NCBI GenBank assembly: GCA_003971905.1
Contig: RSEE01000009.1
Coordinates: forward strand, 248,001 to 312,000
Length of the DNA: 64,000 bases
From: Moniliella sp. 'wahieum'
Taxonomy: Eukaryota
Direction: 5' to 3'
Below the pieces are notes generated by a model that ran no database searches, was not told where the DNA came from, and was given only the letters and a program-made list of their open reading frames with translations. A program made the position numbers and the translations under genes. Within the stretch, counting starts at the first letter, position 1; each line of letters starts with the position of its first letter. This document shows positions 1 through 13,356 of the stretch, piece after piece.

Positions 1-1515
1 ACCTCAAGCTTGAGGCTTGAAGTTTGATCATCTTTTCATCTATTTTCTCCCCTCTGTTTTCTTTCCATTTTTCGTCTACGAGAAGTACCACTCTGTGAGA
101 GGGTAGTGCTGTGGTTTCCCTGCACAGTTCTCAAGTTGGTTGTTGATGTTCGCCTAACTGTCGGCTCAAAGGGTTCTGGTCGCAGGCTGATGTACACCCT
201 CTATTACTCTTACTCGCTCCATCTCCTGCCTCTCTCTTCTGTCTCCTTTCCGTCAGACAGGGTTGCGGCACCCTCTTTTGCCTTAACGCCTTGTTTTGAA
301 GGCTACTTCGCAGCTGACCTTGTACGATCCTCTCCGTCGAGTGATCTCAAAACATTGCACTCCACCACTCTCCTACTGTTGTTTCCCACGTCTTTTCATT
401 GATCCAATTTAAAAGCATATCAGGAGTACGCATACCGGCCGTAGGCCCGGGTGGTCCTCTAGTACTCTCATATCTCCACACGCGAGCTCCACGTCCACCT
501 ACTAGTATGATAGGTTTGTGGTTTGTGTGGTGTTAATTCAATGTGGCGAGAGAAAGAAGCTGGTGCCACGGGATCTGTGCGCATTTGAGATGTGGCTGGT
601 GGCATGTGCCGACCCTCAGCAACCACATGGAGCAGGGACTTCGTTGGACGTTGACGATAAAACCAGCTTGGGACGCAATTAAGTTGACATTCGTTGGGCG
701 AGTTGTGGATGCTTTGGGGGTCAGCTATATCGACAGTTAGATGTTACAACCCGCTTCATGCTAGCGTCAGGCCTCGGGCTCAGGCTGTGGCCTCGGGCTG
801 AGGTCGGCTGCGCACTCGGATGCAGCTGACGCTTCAAAAGCTTCAAGCTTCAAGAGCTTCAAGGCTCTTGAAGCTTCAAGTGTCAGATGTGACATGTGAC
901 ATGCCCCATGTGACATGCCATTTGTCACTAGGTCGCAGGCGAGCTCAGCCTCATCGGCCTCGCGCCTGAGCCTCAGGCGGTATAGGGTACCCTGTTGGAT
1001 CGGCCGGATGCAGCACACTGCCCCCAGGCGAGGTGCTTCTTGCGGGCGCCTGCCTGCGTGCTTTACGCCGGGCCTCCCACTTCAAGCTCCAAGCTTCATC
1101 GATCATCTCACAGCCCCCCTGGGGGTGGCTCTGTACACTCCGCGCACACTCAGTACTCACGGCAGCACTGCGCTGAGTTGAGCGCGCTGAGCGCAACATG
1201 CGACACTCGGCCTTAGCGCTTAGCGCCCTTGACTTCGCAGCAGCCTTGCCGGAGCGCAGTCACTAGTCAGCTAGTCAGACGCCAAGAAGGCTTGGCGCTA
1301 CCCCGCGATGCTGATGAGCACACGTGACGCGTGCCGAGGGCTTTTCCACAGCACTGAGCGCGGGACACATTATGGCCGCTGCAGAGACCAACCGGGGTCC
1401 GTCATCGATCCGTCATCCGTCATCGAACCATAAACACTTTAACCCCTTCTTCGCCAGACCTTGCCCGCCCAGTCACTGTCGCCTCGTTTCCCCCCCGCCA
1501 ACTAGGGCAGAGAAG

Positions 1516-3037
1516 ATGCGTCTGTCGATTCCACTGGTCGCAGTCAGCCTCGCTGCAGCGGCAACCCGTGCCCAACCCGTCCAGCATGTCTCGCTTGCCC
1601 GGCAGAGCGGGGCTGACCCTCTGGACCCAGCTAGCTACTTGGCCACCAAGTTCAAAAACGGCGATGCCCCCCCCGGCGCCCGCCCAGGCGACGCCGCAGG
1701 CAAACCGTCATTCTTCAAGGCCAGGACGCAGCGCAAAACTCCCAAACAGACTGGTGCAGTAACACCATCTTTATTGGTTCGCCTCAGGTGGGCGGGAGCC
1801 AGACCACGGGCTGGACCGAGCTTCCCCAACTGCTCGGCTTTGACCTCAAGCGTGATCTCTACGTAGGCGACGCCAACCAGGGCGGCATCCTTCCCTACTA
1901 TGTCGAGACGGGGAAAGATCCAACCAAGATCAAACGCGTCGTTATCATCCAGCCCGGCAAGCCCCGTGATAGTTGGAAGTACGCCAGCCTGGCCCGCAAC
2001 GATCTCCTCTGCGCCGCCAACAATGCCACCCTGGGCGTGGACTTGTCCACCATCCTTGTTGCTGCGCCTGCTTGGCAGTCCACGTTGAGCAGTCCGCCGG
2101 TGCCGTTCAAGATGGGGACCTGTACTTTGGATCGGGAAGCTGGGCGAGGGCCAAATCTCACGGGGCCCGGGGAATGCATCGGTGTCCTCTTCCGTGCATT
2201 TGATGAGATGCTCGACCTGTTTTTCAACCGCACAACTTACCCCAATGTGAACAACATTGTCCTGGCTGGCCACTCACTGGGTTGCTCCTTTACCCAACGG
2301 TACGCCATGTTGCGCAAGCCCGGACCTAATGACGCCAACCTACGTTACTGGTATGGGAACTGTGGCTCTTACACCTGGCCCACCACCGACCGCCCCGTCT
2401 CGCCAGGCCAGGGGCAGTGCCCGGCTACCGGTTCGACACCTGGCCGTACGGCTTGGACGGTGTACCTGCCTATGCCAAGAACGGATTTGACCGCAACGCC
2501 ACGATTCAGCGCTACTTTTCGAGGACGATGCACCACGCTCTCGGTTCCCAAGACAATGGCGCTGGTGACACGAAGCCGCCTGCGCAATGCGAGGGATCGG
2601 ACCATCTCTCTCGTGGGACGAATTTGGAAAACGCATACAAGCCCTTTAACCCCGCCAACTTTACCCTCGACATTCTTCCTTACTCCCACCAGATTACCCC
2701 ATGCTCTCCGACCCGCAGAGCCAGTACCGTATCTTTGTCGAGGGCATTGATGACCATATGGACGCGCCGGCAGGCAGCGGGAGTGGAAGTTCGGCAGCCT
2801 CCTCAAGTGCCGTCTCGTCGTCTCCCTCGAGCTCGGCAGCCTCCTCGACTACCGCTTCCTCGTCTCCCTCGGGCTCGGCAGTCTCCTCGAGTACCGCCTC
2901 GTTCTCCCCGGCCTCGACGGCACGCTCCGGCTCAGGGTCCGCGCCTACATCCTCTCTTCCCGTCGGGCGCGATGCGCACATCCGTCACAGGACGGTTGTC
3001 TTTTCTGGCTCTGGGCACCGTCGCCTTCTTGCTTTGA
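1516..3037 (+). CDS. Secreted alpha/beta-hydrolase-fold protein with Ser-rich stalk and hydrophobic C-terminus (probable GPI anchor); frameshifted in assembly
   Basis: ATG 1516 begins the signal-peptide-like MRLSIPLVAVSLAAAATRA. Nucleophile elbow VLAGHSLG in ORF 1788-2750, WPYGLD and QCEGSDHLSRG in ORF 2417-3037, Ser/Ala-rich tract at about 2770-2950, terminal LSFLALGTVAFLL*. Confidence 0.75.
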
Positions 3038-3838
3038 AAACATACCTGCATTTCCCCTGCTGCCGCGGGGACAATTGGCTGCTTGTTTTGCACGTGCCAG
3101 AATCAGTCACTCAATTTGTGTTTGTTTGTTACGGAGTTGCTTGTTGTTTCAACCTCATCTCGACACTTGGGTGCTAGTCGCACCGCGGATGATTATTGTC
3201 CTGCATACGTCGTGAACGCCTACATGTGCACAGATGGATTGTACACACAACGGGGACTCAAAATGGTGGGGGCGAATCATCTGTGGTACGGAGCTTGAAC
3301 TCACAGGTATAGTACACAGCTAAGTTTCCCCAGGTGGTTTCGCCGGGCATGAAGCCAAGACGGTTGGTGGAATTTGTGGGAGAGAGCAAAGCGTGCGCCA
3401 AGCTCATCTCCCTCCGCTGCAACTCCGGTGAGCAATTACATTCGGCAGACACGGACGTAGCCTCCCCCTTTGGGCTGGTCCCTTAGAGGAACTTTTAGAA
3501 CCAAAACCTCTTAGTACCCAGCAGTTGAACGTTGAAACGCGGGCGCAAAAGAGGCAATCCACCTCCTCTCTTCCATGTTTTCTCCACGTCGAGCAGCACC
3601 AAGCCACTGCCTTGTCCTCGATGCCTTCGTCTTTTTAGTTGTACCACCCCTGTTATATTCGCCTCCTCCTCTTGTCTTCTCTCCCGACCTTATACTCTGT
3701 GTTCGTGATTTGTTCCTCTGAAGAAAAGGGACGAGTTTGCGGTTGGGCGAACACGCGCATGCAAAATAGGAGGAAACGATATTGTATGAAAGCAATGAAG
3801 AACATGCTCCAATGCGCTGGGACAGCACTGCGAGCAAT

Positions 3839-3935
3839 GGCATCGTGGTGTAGTTGGTTTATCACGTATCCTTAACAACGGCACTTGGTGCGAAGTTAAC
3901 GGATAAGGTCCCCGGTTCGAGCCCGGGCGAAGTCA
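3839..3935 (+). tRNA. tRNA-Val(AAC) with 22-nt intron (3878-3899)
   Basis: GGCATCG acceptor, D arm TGGTGTAGTTGGTTTATCAC, anticodon stem TATCC/GGATA with loop TT-AAC-A|intron|C, T arm CCCGG-TTCGA-GCCCGGG, 3' CGAAGTCA. The intron ends GTTAA, complementary to the anticodon loop. One A:A mismatch in the acceptor stem. Confidence 0.92.
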
Positions 3936-3941
3936 TTTTTT
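3936..3941 (+). terminator. RNA polymerase III terminator (T6)
   Basis: TTTTTT immediately after the tRNA 3' end. Confidence 0.8.
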
Positions 3942-4284
3942 GGCCCACACCCCGTTGTCCATAGCTAGGCTGAGCGCTTGAGCGCCGCAACTTGGCCTTT
4001 CCGTGCATTGCCAGCTGATACTCAGTTTTATATACACCTCTCTTTAGCTCTTGTGTGTATAGCTACCGGTTCGTGGCGAAACGTTACGCGCTAACCGCTT
4101 ACACATATTACTGGCACTGCTCCTTCTGCTTGATCATCACAGGTCACGTGTACCCATCTATCACAGATGCATACGTAAGAGGCAGCGCCACGCCCGCCAC
4201 GCCAGCCCGCTCTGCCCGAGCCAGGTTACCGCCCTCAGCTGCGCTGAAGCAACCAACGCGTTCAACTGGAACGGCTAGACGATC

Positions 4285-5077
4285 ATGTCGGAGCAAGGGG
4301 CCAACCAAGTAAGTCCCTTGGTGCGCATGGACATGGCCGCCATGCCATACCATGCCATCTTTCCCCCCCCCAGGTACTCCGCATCCCCGTCACTGCCAGC
4401 TGCGGCTGTCGCGGCGAGTGCTTGTCAGTGGTGTGCTAACCTAGTCTCCTCTGTTTGCCAGATCAGCGCCTGCTCTTTGCGGCACGCACAGACAATGAAG
4501 AGATGTACCAGGAGATCATCTCTAAGCCTGACACGTTTGACGTGAACTTTCAGGACGGCTTGGGCAACACGGCGTTGCATTATGCTGCAGGCGCGGGCGC
4601 CACAACTGTTCTCCCCCAGCTGCTAGAGGAAGCGTGGATGTGGACCTGCACAACCGCCTCGACGGCAACACTCCGCTCCACGAGGCCATTGCCAAGCTTC
4701 AGGACGAGCATTTGCGCAACTGGGTCGGTACGTGCAGGCGAGATTTCTTGTGTCGAGTTTGGGAGACTGACGTGGCATCTGATTTGGGTAGTGGAGCAGC
4801 TGCTGGAAGCGGGTGCCGACCCCCGCGAAGTCAACAAGAATGGGGACAAACCGGTGGATCTTGTCAATGCGAGCACTCCGCTGGGGAAGGAGCTGTACGA
4901 CAGCCTGCGCAAGGCCGAGGCGACCGCGGGGATCGACGTGGCAGACATTGCAGGTGAGTGCTGGGCGGGGCAGCCTGTCTCTTTGGCGGGCGCTCAGGGC
5001 GGTGGGGCAGGTGGACTGACTGAAGCGATGCAGACGATGATGATGAGGATGACGAGGATGTCTCGGATGACGAGTAG
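4285..5077 (+). CDS. Small ankyrin-repeat protein with acidic tail (multi-exon)
   Basis: MSEQGAN, intron GTAAGT(4309)..TGCTAAC..CAG(4461), then QRLLFAARTDNEEM..DVNFQDGLGNTALHYAA, GNTPLHEA, VEQLLEAGADP..NKNGDKPVDL. Further short introns near 4728-4789 and 4954-5033. Ends DDDDEDDEDVSDDE*. Confidence 0.85.
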
Positions 5078-5731
5078 TGGGGCTGCTGGCCGAACGCCCT
5101 GGCCCTTGCGTTCCCGGCGGGGACGGAAGCGGATGCACTGTTTTTGCCTCTCGTGTGTGCGCTCCAGGGGCGGGGGGGGGGGGGGGGGCAATGCTATGGA
5201 TACTACGGTGGAGAGGGGAAGGGCAGACGGGGAGCGGGGGCTGGTGCAGGGCGTGGAAGAGGGCGGGTGGTGGGGGAGCGGGCAGGTGGGGCTGGCGAGG
5301 CGGGCACGGCCAGTGCAGCAGGACAGACGACGGGGCGAGGCGGCGGAGGGCGGGTGGGCTTACCTAAGGCAGTGTTGCAAACGGCGAGGCAGAAAAACGA
5401 CGGCAAAAAAAGGAACTCTGCTGGCGGCCGGCGGGGGGGCAGCCGAGCAGAGCCGCTGGCGCAAGGAAGAGGCCGCTCGGCTGGCCGTGCTCGGCTGTCT
5501 GGCCAACCGTCAGCTGCGAGCCCCGCCTCGCCCGCCGATCTGCTGTGCGGCGCTGCTGCTGCTCCTCGTCTGCCCATCGCCCGCTCTGTCTGTGCCCGTC
5601 TGGCCGTGCTTGTCTCGTCGCTGTGCCGTGTTGCTCCGTCCTCGCCCGTGGTATGTATCTGGCGCCTGTGGGCCACGTCTGTGCTCTGCGATCTGACGCC
5701 CTCCTGCCAGACCCAGTCGCCTCCTCCCGCC

Positions 5732-8700
5732 ATGCCCCCCTCCTCGGGCCATCCGCCGCCCCCCCCCCCGGCGCATCCGCCTCCGCGGTGGCCTCCCCCC
5801 GCATCCAGCCCATCTCCATCCCCGCTCCCTCGTCTCTCTCCGCCACCACCACCACCTCCTCGTCGCCCGCCCCCGCCCCCCCCGGGCTGCCGCCGATGCA
5901 GACGCAGACCCAGACCCAGACGCAGCGTCCAGGCAGACAAATGCCCCCTCTCCTCGCATCCCAGGCACTGCCTCCCAACCACCCCTCCGCTCACGGCCGG
6001 CAGCTTACCGGACACCCTTTCCCCAACACTGTCCCCCTATCGCGCCTCCAGCCTCACCTCGCCCTTACGCCGCGTGTCGCGCCACCGCCGCCAGAGCAGT
6101 GGCGCAAGTGCCAGCTCCCTTCCGGGATCCCTTCCTATTTCGCTGCCGTCCCAGCTGGCCCAGTACGCTGCCTCCCCCCCGGAACAACTGCCGCTCTCGC
6201 CTCAGTCACTCCCCTCCACTCACGGTGTAGAGGGCCACGAACCGGGCCACCCTGGGACTCTGCTTGGCCTGGGTCGGAGAACGCCGTCCACTCTCCCACT
6301 TCCAGTCGCCGCTCTTCCTCTAGTGACCACACCACTAGCTCTGGCCGCCAAGGACGGCCCAGTACGCCTCCCATTAGGTTATCACCCTCTGCAGTTCCCT
6401 TGGCTCGTCGGGCTAGCCGTTCTCCCGATATGGCCCTCCGCTGCTCTCGTCGCTCGCCTCGGCAGCAGCCAGTTGCCATCTCTGGCTCTCCCCTTCGCGT
6501 CAGCCAAGAGTCAAGTGAGCTTTCCGCCATTGGAGCGTTGGTCCGACGCACTTCCGTGCGTCGGCCCCGGTCTGGCTCAGGAAGTTCAGCCAATAGTAGT
6601 ACCTCTGCTTCCAGTGGGTCCTCCCTCGACGACCAGGCCGGCTTCCTCCGCCCAAGCCACAGCCTTCGCCAATTTGGAGGGTCCCCCCTCGGCGTCGAGC
6701 TACGATGCTAGCGATGCGTACGGCTCTTCCCCGCGTCAGCAATCCCATCCCGCTGCTCCCATTTTCATTCCTCATCATGAGCGGGCAGGGCAAGCACATG
6801 GTCTCGCTCATTCTGCTTTCAGCCCCGGTTCGGTGGCCTCACACCCTCCCTTTCCCCTTCGGCTTTGACGCCCAACCCCGATGCCCGACTCTCTAGCTCT
6901 CCTGTCCTTCTCCGCTCTCCTGCCAGCCCTGGACTGAGTGCCGCTCGGATCTATGCTGCTAGCGGTGGCGCACCAGCAGCCCTGTCCTCCCCTCGATTGG
7001 CTGGGATGCGCGTGACGACGGATGCAGCACTTGGGGTGTTTGCCGGAAATAGCTCCCCTGTTGCCTTTCCTCCTGGAGTTGTCGATTCCAGCGCTCACCC
7101 TGGATCCCCTTCGTCCCTTGCGTCCACTTTTCCAATGCAACAGGGACGAGTCCGGGGGAAATGTCCCAGTCTCCTCCCAAGAAGCGCAGCTTTATCGGGA
7201 TGCCCCCGCGTTCGGGGTATGAATTGAGTGACGATCCGGACGACGTGGGGTCCGAGTCGGACGACTCCGCCTCTGTTGGCTCGGCCGAGGCAGCGTGGTG
7301 GCAACACGGATGACGAGCAAGAGGTGTCGGATGCAGATGGAGAAAGTGGCGGGGAAGACGATGGGTTTGATCAGCTTCCCGATCAAGAGCGGCGGCAGCG
7401 CCACGCTCTTGCCCGTGTGCGGGCTGTGATGGAGGATGACGATGACCCCGACACGACCCGTTTGACCCAGCATCTTCGCATGTCGCGCACCAGTACTCCA
7501 ATGCCGACGAACCCCCCTCCAGCGAGACCGATGTTCTAGCCGACGACCCGGCCACGGCCGAGCAAGATTACGAAGACCTGGAACGAGCGTACCAACGTCG
7601 GTCCAAGCGTGGTTCGCGTGCCTTTTTACAGTTCAACCCTGCCCTTCTCTTTAACGGGGACGATAATGTGAACCAAGCCGATGCCGAGAGCACGCCCGAG
7701 GAGGAAGATTTCCATGGCGACGGGGATATGCCTTCCCCGCCTGACGCACTTGACGAAGGAGATGACGACCAGGAGATCCATGAAGATGGTGGCCAGTTTG
7801 ACGATGGCAACTTAAGCCCGCTCGAGCGCATCTTCATGTATGCCAAGTCGGACATGACCTACCACCCCGCGTCTTGGCGGCCCGGTGTCTGTACGAGTGG
7901 CTGTTTGACATTGAACTCCCCCTTGCTGTCGAATGCATTTTCCCCCTGGTCAACAGTCTTGGCACCGATGGTACGTTTTTCCTTTCTTGGCGCTGTGCCT
8001 GCTAACCTCTTCCTTGCCTCTTTCAGAACTTGAGGTGTCTACGGCATTTGTGCCTAATCTCCATTTGATCATGTGGTACTTTTTCCGCAACTGCCCTCTT
8101 GTCGAGCTGGAGACAGAAGACTTGTCTCATGGCAACGTTGGCGCAGAGAGGCCTCCAAGGACGAAGAGGGGGCTGTTCCGATGCTCAAGCGCCCTTCGTC
8201 TGCCCCTCCGTCGGAAGGCCTCCCTGAGACGGCGAACCGCCCACGCATCCCTGTGGCGGCGTTCACCCCTCTTCTCTGCGCCTTGCTGCTGAGCCAGCAC
8301 TCGATTGTCGCTGATGCAGCGCAGTATGCGCTCAAGCAGTTTATGGCACGTCTGCACGTCGGTCCTCCTGGCTCGGCACTTTCCCCGCTGCGCTCCGCAT
8401 CGGGGGAAGAAGGGGCCGAGGAGGAGCCCCTCCTGCCTGCATACAAGCCTGGCGGTCCCGCCTCGGACAGGACACCCCTCCCCACCTAATGCGCTTGACA
8501 TGGCCTCCTGCGCTGTGACGGACGATGCCGATTTGGTTACCTCGCTTTTGGACCGCGAAGGGGACCCAATCCAAGCAGAGACGTACGAGTTTGGCCGCAC
8601 TGCCCGGCAAGCGATTGAGGACGAGTTGATGGAGAACGTGGTATTTGCGATTGGCCGTCTTCATGCAGACGCGGATGTATCGAGCGGATTCGACGGGCCC

Positions 8701-11162
8701 GAAGGACCCTTGCCTGGGTCGTGGGAGATGCCAAGGTACGATGACTTGCCTGTCACGGGCGGAGCAGCAAGGTGCAGCGCACCACAAAGAGGGCGGCCCC
8801 GGCTTTGCCTGCACGTGCTCCGCTCCAAGGATCGAACTTGGAATCGGACGTGGGTGCCCAGGAGGATGTGGATATGTCTCCTCACGCCGATGCGGAGGCT
8901 GAGAAGATGCAATGGACATTGAGTCCCCCTCCAAGATGGGCAGCAGAACGAGCGGACAAGGTGGATTCCCAACTGGAAGAGGGCGAGGCGAGTGCCCCCA
9001 TCTCACTTGGGGGCGTTTCATCCCCTCCATGATCAAGTGATGGATGAGGCCGATTCGGACCACATGTCCGAGGTTGTGATTGACACCAACACTGAAGCAA
9101 CGGTGGGGCGCATGTCGTCCGTGAGTTTGTTGAGCGCGCTGGTAAGCGCCAAAATTTTCAGTCTCCACTCGCTTGAGACACTCATCGTCCCTGAGATTGT
9201 CCGATTGAGGACCGACCCAGCGTATTTTGTCCGTAAGGAGATTGCCCTGCTCGTTTCGGCAGTAGCCAAGGCTCTGGGCGAACCTGTCGTGCCCAAGCCT
9301 AGCTCCACGACCCAGGAGCAAGTTTCGGGGTCCGAAGCGGAACGTTGCCGGTCCCACATTGAGCGGGTCTTGCTGGAGACCTTTGATCTCCTCCAGCACG
9401 ACGGTATTTGGCATGTTCGCCAAGGCGCATGTCTTGCCATACCTACTCTGTTTGCTCAGGTGAGGGACCTGGAGGTAAGAAGAACCAAGGTCGTCGAATC
9501 GCTTCGTTCTCTGTCTCAAGACGTCTCGCGCCAAGTCCGTTCCACCGTCCTGGAGGTTATGGGCGAGCTCATCTACCTTTTCCATGACACCCGATGGACC
9601 GCCGCCTGAGCTGGTTCGGTACTTCAAGGGGGAACCCTTTGATCTCGAGACCCCTAATCCGGCGCCCCCCATTGGTAGTCCGGGCGAGGATGAACCCATG
9701 GATGCGGGCACGATGGCCAATGCGTTCACCATGGACGAGGGATGGGACCTGAATGCGGCTGCACTCAGCCTGGAACGGCCTTTGGTCTGCGCTTTTAACT
9801 TCCCTGCCGTCGTTCTCACACTGGGCAAGGCTGCCTGGCCCGATTTGTGCCGTATGCATGCCGAGCTGGCCCAAGATGCCAACATCAAGGCCCGTCGCTC
9901 TTTGGCTGCCATCACTCCACGAGCTGGCCAAGATCATCGGCTCGGAGAATACCGGGAAGGACCTGTTACCCTTATTCGACATGTTTGTACTGTGGGACGA
10001 TGCTGAGGTACGCTCGGCCGCGATCGAACACGTGGACCAACTCTTGATCCACGCCCCTTCGGCAGACGCCGAGGCCAAACTCCGTCTCCTCAAGGAAGCT
10101 TGGACGGGTGTCTTCGCTCGCGACTCGGGTGAGGGAACGGTTGGCGGAGCTGGTGCCCGCTTTGGCCCCCAAGTTCCTTCTATCCGACGAGGAGGGCAAC
10201 TTGGTTGCCCTTACCCAACTGGCTCTATATCAGATTCTGTAGCCTCGGTGCGCACAGTTGGCGCTCGTGCGGTACCGGTGCTTTACAATACGTTCAACGA
10301 GAACGATCCCGTTTGGCCGATGGCTTTTTGGGCATGGTCAGCGATATGGCTGACTCAGAGCGATACCGGCATCGTCTTTCGTTCCTCTCTGCGTTGCAAG
10401 CCTTGCTGGAAGCTCATTTGCCTGCCTCCCTGGTCACCTCCATTTTCTTGCCTCGTCTCTTGCGAATGGGCAGGGAAGACAAAGTGGTGGATGTGCGGAT
10501 CAGCCTCGCTCGTGTGATGGCCCAGCTGTGCGGAGTGGACTCGTTCTATTACCCTGCTCCCGAAGGCAGGCCTGAAGAACTGACCATGCTGTGTCAATCG
10601 TTGGCGCAGGACAAGTCAACAAGTACGGCAGGTGGTGGCGCTTGCCTTACCTCATTTGGTGGGAACTGCGCCGATGTGTTCACGTCAGGAGGCGGATGCG
10701 AAAGAGGATGAACCGCCGCGTCGGGCGCTTGTCTTGGGCCCTGCTGATGGGGGTCCGCACCGCCCGCCATCACCCGAGAGCGATGAGGACCACTCTCACG
10801 AGATGGGATTGTCCGACTTTGGCCAACTTTCGGCTGAACATCTCTACGGTCTGACGGCGTTGGACGCTGATTCTGCTCATGATGGCGACACGGTGCACGT
10901 TCCGCTCCAAGATGGACCCGGCCTTTCTTCTTCGGCATACCAGATGTGGCAAACCCAAGATACCGCCCACAATGACGATGACGATGACGACGACGACGAC
11001 GAGGCCTCGCCGCATGATAACCCCGCGCCTCACTCCACCGGCTCGGCCTCGACCTCTGCCCCCGACCCGGATGATGATTGGGTTTCAGCCATGGACGTGG
11101 GCAACAGTGAGGATACTCTGGGCCCATCGGATCCGCACAGGCCTGGTCACCAGCAACGCTGA
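5732..11162 (+). CDS. HEAT/ARM-repeat protein, protein phosphatase 4 regulatory subunit 1 (PP4R1)-like, with long low-complexity N-terminus; frameshifted
   Basis: LSPLERIFMYAKS, DPAYFVRKEIA, DGIWHVRQGAC, QDVSRQVRSTVLEVMGELIYLF, CAFNFPAVVLTLG, HELAKIIG, DSVASVR, DKVVDVRISLAR are HEAT-type motifs. Intron 7971-8026. Start codon uncertain. Confidence 0.75.
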
Positions 11163-11814
11163 CGCTGGTGACTTCTGCACTCGGTCGTACATGTTCGGAT
11201 CCATAGAGATGCATCAATCATATACTCTCTAACCCACCCCCGCATTCCCATGCCCCATGCACTTTGGTGGGCCCTCTGAGCTATTATAAAGGATCGATAA
11301 AGGACGGGATAGCGGCGACTTCATTCGATAATTTAAGGTAACTTGACCTGTGAAGAAGGGGGAGAATCGACAGAGTGGAGACCCAACGTTGTCTACTGCC
11401 ATGTACAAGAATCATCCAACAAGAAATCGGTGGTATCTGGCGAGAGGGAGGTAAGTGAAGTGAGCGCGGGCTCAGCCAGAGCCCTCATCCGATGTCTGCA
11501 GGCTCACAAAAGCCGCCTGCGTAGAGCCTGACGTAATTTCCAGCGGCTCCATCATGCATCATCGATGATCACGGATCACCGATCGTCGTGCATCATGCAT
11601 CATGCATCAACGTTCAACACGTTCAACGTGGATCAACTTATCCACTCTCCATCCCAACAGTGGGCTGGCTGTCCTGGATTGAATATTGACAGTGCCGGAA
11701 GCTCCATCGACCAGACCCTCCAGCCCCCCTCCCCCTCCTCTTCTCCGTCCCTGCTCCCTGGGATGACGGAAGGAGTATGCCACGCACACGCCCAACAGCT
11801 CTCCATATCGGGAG

Positions 11815-12369
11815 ATGTCGGCCTCCACGGTGCAGATTCGTGGGCCTGGGACAATGTGGTCGGCATTGAATCTGGCCTATAGCCAAAAGGACAGCCCACC
11901 TTCCCGCCTGGTACACGACAGCCCTAATGACTCAAACGAGTTGGAATTGGAACCTGTCATGAGGATGCCGAGTACCACGCCCGATAGACCGGTTGCTGAG
12001 ACCAGCATTTCCCTGGCTCTGTCTCCGGAACAGCGGGCCCGCCTCGACCATCAAGATTGGCAACCGTTGCGATTGATGGCCAATTTGATCTCATCTATAG
12101 CCCTATCGCTGAGACCGCTATCCGGTCCACACCGTGCAGCAGCCGGAACGGTCGCTCATGTCCTCATCTGGACGATCGCTGCTCTCATCGCCCACCTCCT
12201 CTTCCGCCTACACCTCGGGGGCACGCCGAGCGAATGTGAAGCCCTCGCCCTCTCAGCCTTCTCCTACAGGTTGGATACCGCAACTGAGGAGGGCGCCGTG
12301 GCTTACACGGCTACAATCAAAACTGATAGTTCTTTGGATTATCCTGACCACCACCAACCCCCCCCTTAA
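11815..12369 (+). CDS. Hypothetical protein or gene relic
   Basis: 184-aa ORF with one hydrophobic segment; no motif recognised. Confidence 0.2.
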   Translation: MSASTVQIRGPGTMWSALNLAYSQKDSPPSRLVHDSPNDSNELELEPVMRMPSTTPDRPVAETSISLALSPEQRARLDHQDWQPLRLMANLISSIALSLRPLSGPHRAAAGTVAHVLIWTIAALIAHLLFRLHLGGTPSECEALALSAFSYRLDTATEEGAVAYTATIKTDSSLDYPDHHQPPP

Positions 12370-13356
12370 TCTGAGCGAGGATGGGGCACGGTAATGCCAA
12401 AGTGTGGGGATGTCGGAGCAGCAACTGTTTGTCTGTTGTCGGAGGATGATGACGAGATCTAGATCGTCAAAACGCGCCCCCCCCCCCCCCAAGCTGGGAA
12501 TCGGTGTGATACTACCAAACTCCTTAACAGCGCAAGCCCCTTAGACCCCCGTTCTCGCCTCCTGGGTCTGTCCAACTCAGCCAATACAATTCACGATACT
12601 ACATCCCAGTACTTTACTGCCGCTCTTTTTTGCCACCGCTGCTCCGGTGGCTGCTCATCTCGCCCATCCCGGCCCACACACTCCATTACAACTAGGTGTT
12701 ATGATAGTCGACCTTGCTCTCGTTCAGGAGGTAGACGACCGATATTATCTTTGTTGTCGCCAACGCGCAGCTCCTACCCTCTCCCCCGTGGGTACTTCAA
12801 ACAGCTCTGTGGTCATCATCACCCCAGCCCGGCCTCCGGCACCCGTGCTTTCCCTTTGGATCACACTGGTTGAGATGGTGGGGGAGTGGTATCGGGCCCA
12901 AACCGCCCATGCAGCAGCGACAAAAGGCCCTGGACCATGTTTTGCTCTTCATCGCATCGCTGCCTGCCATCACGCGTCCAGGAGGTCGGATCGGGCTGAA
13001 ACCCTCACTGCCCTTGATTTCCTCCCTGGCACGCCACTCTCCTATCATACTCCAGAATACCGTGGAGCTAGCCTTTGACGGTTCCTTCCCCCTGATGAAG
13101 GTGTGTTCCAACATGCCCGCGATCCTAAGTATACAAAACGTGCGTATTAGGGATTACATAGCAACAAAATGCCCGGAAGCCCACCAAGGAGAGCCACTAC
13201 TAGAAAATCTGCTAACGAAAAAATGATCCGACCATGCAATGACAAAAGAAAGATCAGAGCACTAAATTTATACTTGTTGCAACATGATTAATGACGAAAG
13301 AGTCTTGAGGTAGTGAGGAGTGAGGCCAAACGCGTAAGAAGAACAAGTCGACAGCG

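Noticed and set aside
1516..3037. Alpha/beta hydrolase as the ErdH partner of the DUF2156 gene
   Set aside because: It is 50 kb away and has a signal peptide and GPI-like tail; nothing links the two.
4360..4380. Internal pyrimidine-CAG|GTACT in ankyrin intron 1 (possible recursive splice site)
   Set aside because: No clear branch point precedes it, and local indel errors prevent phase checking.
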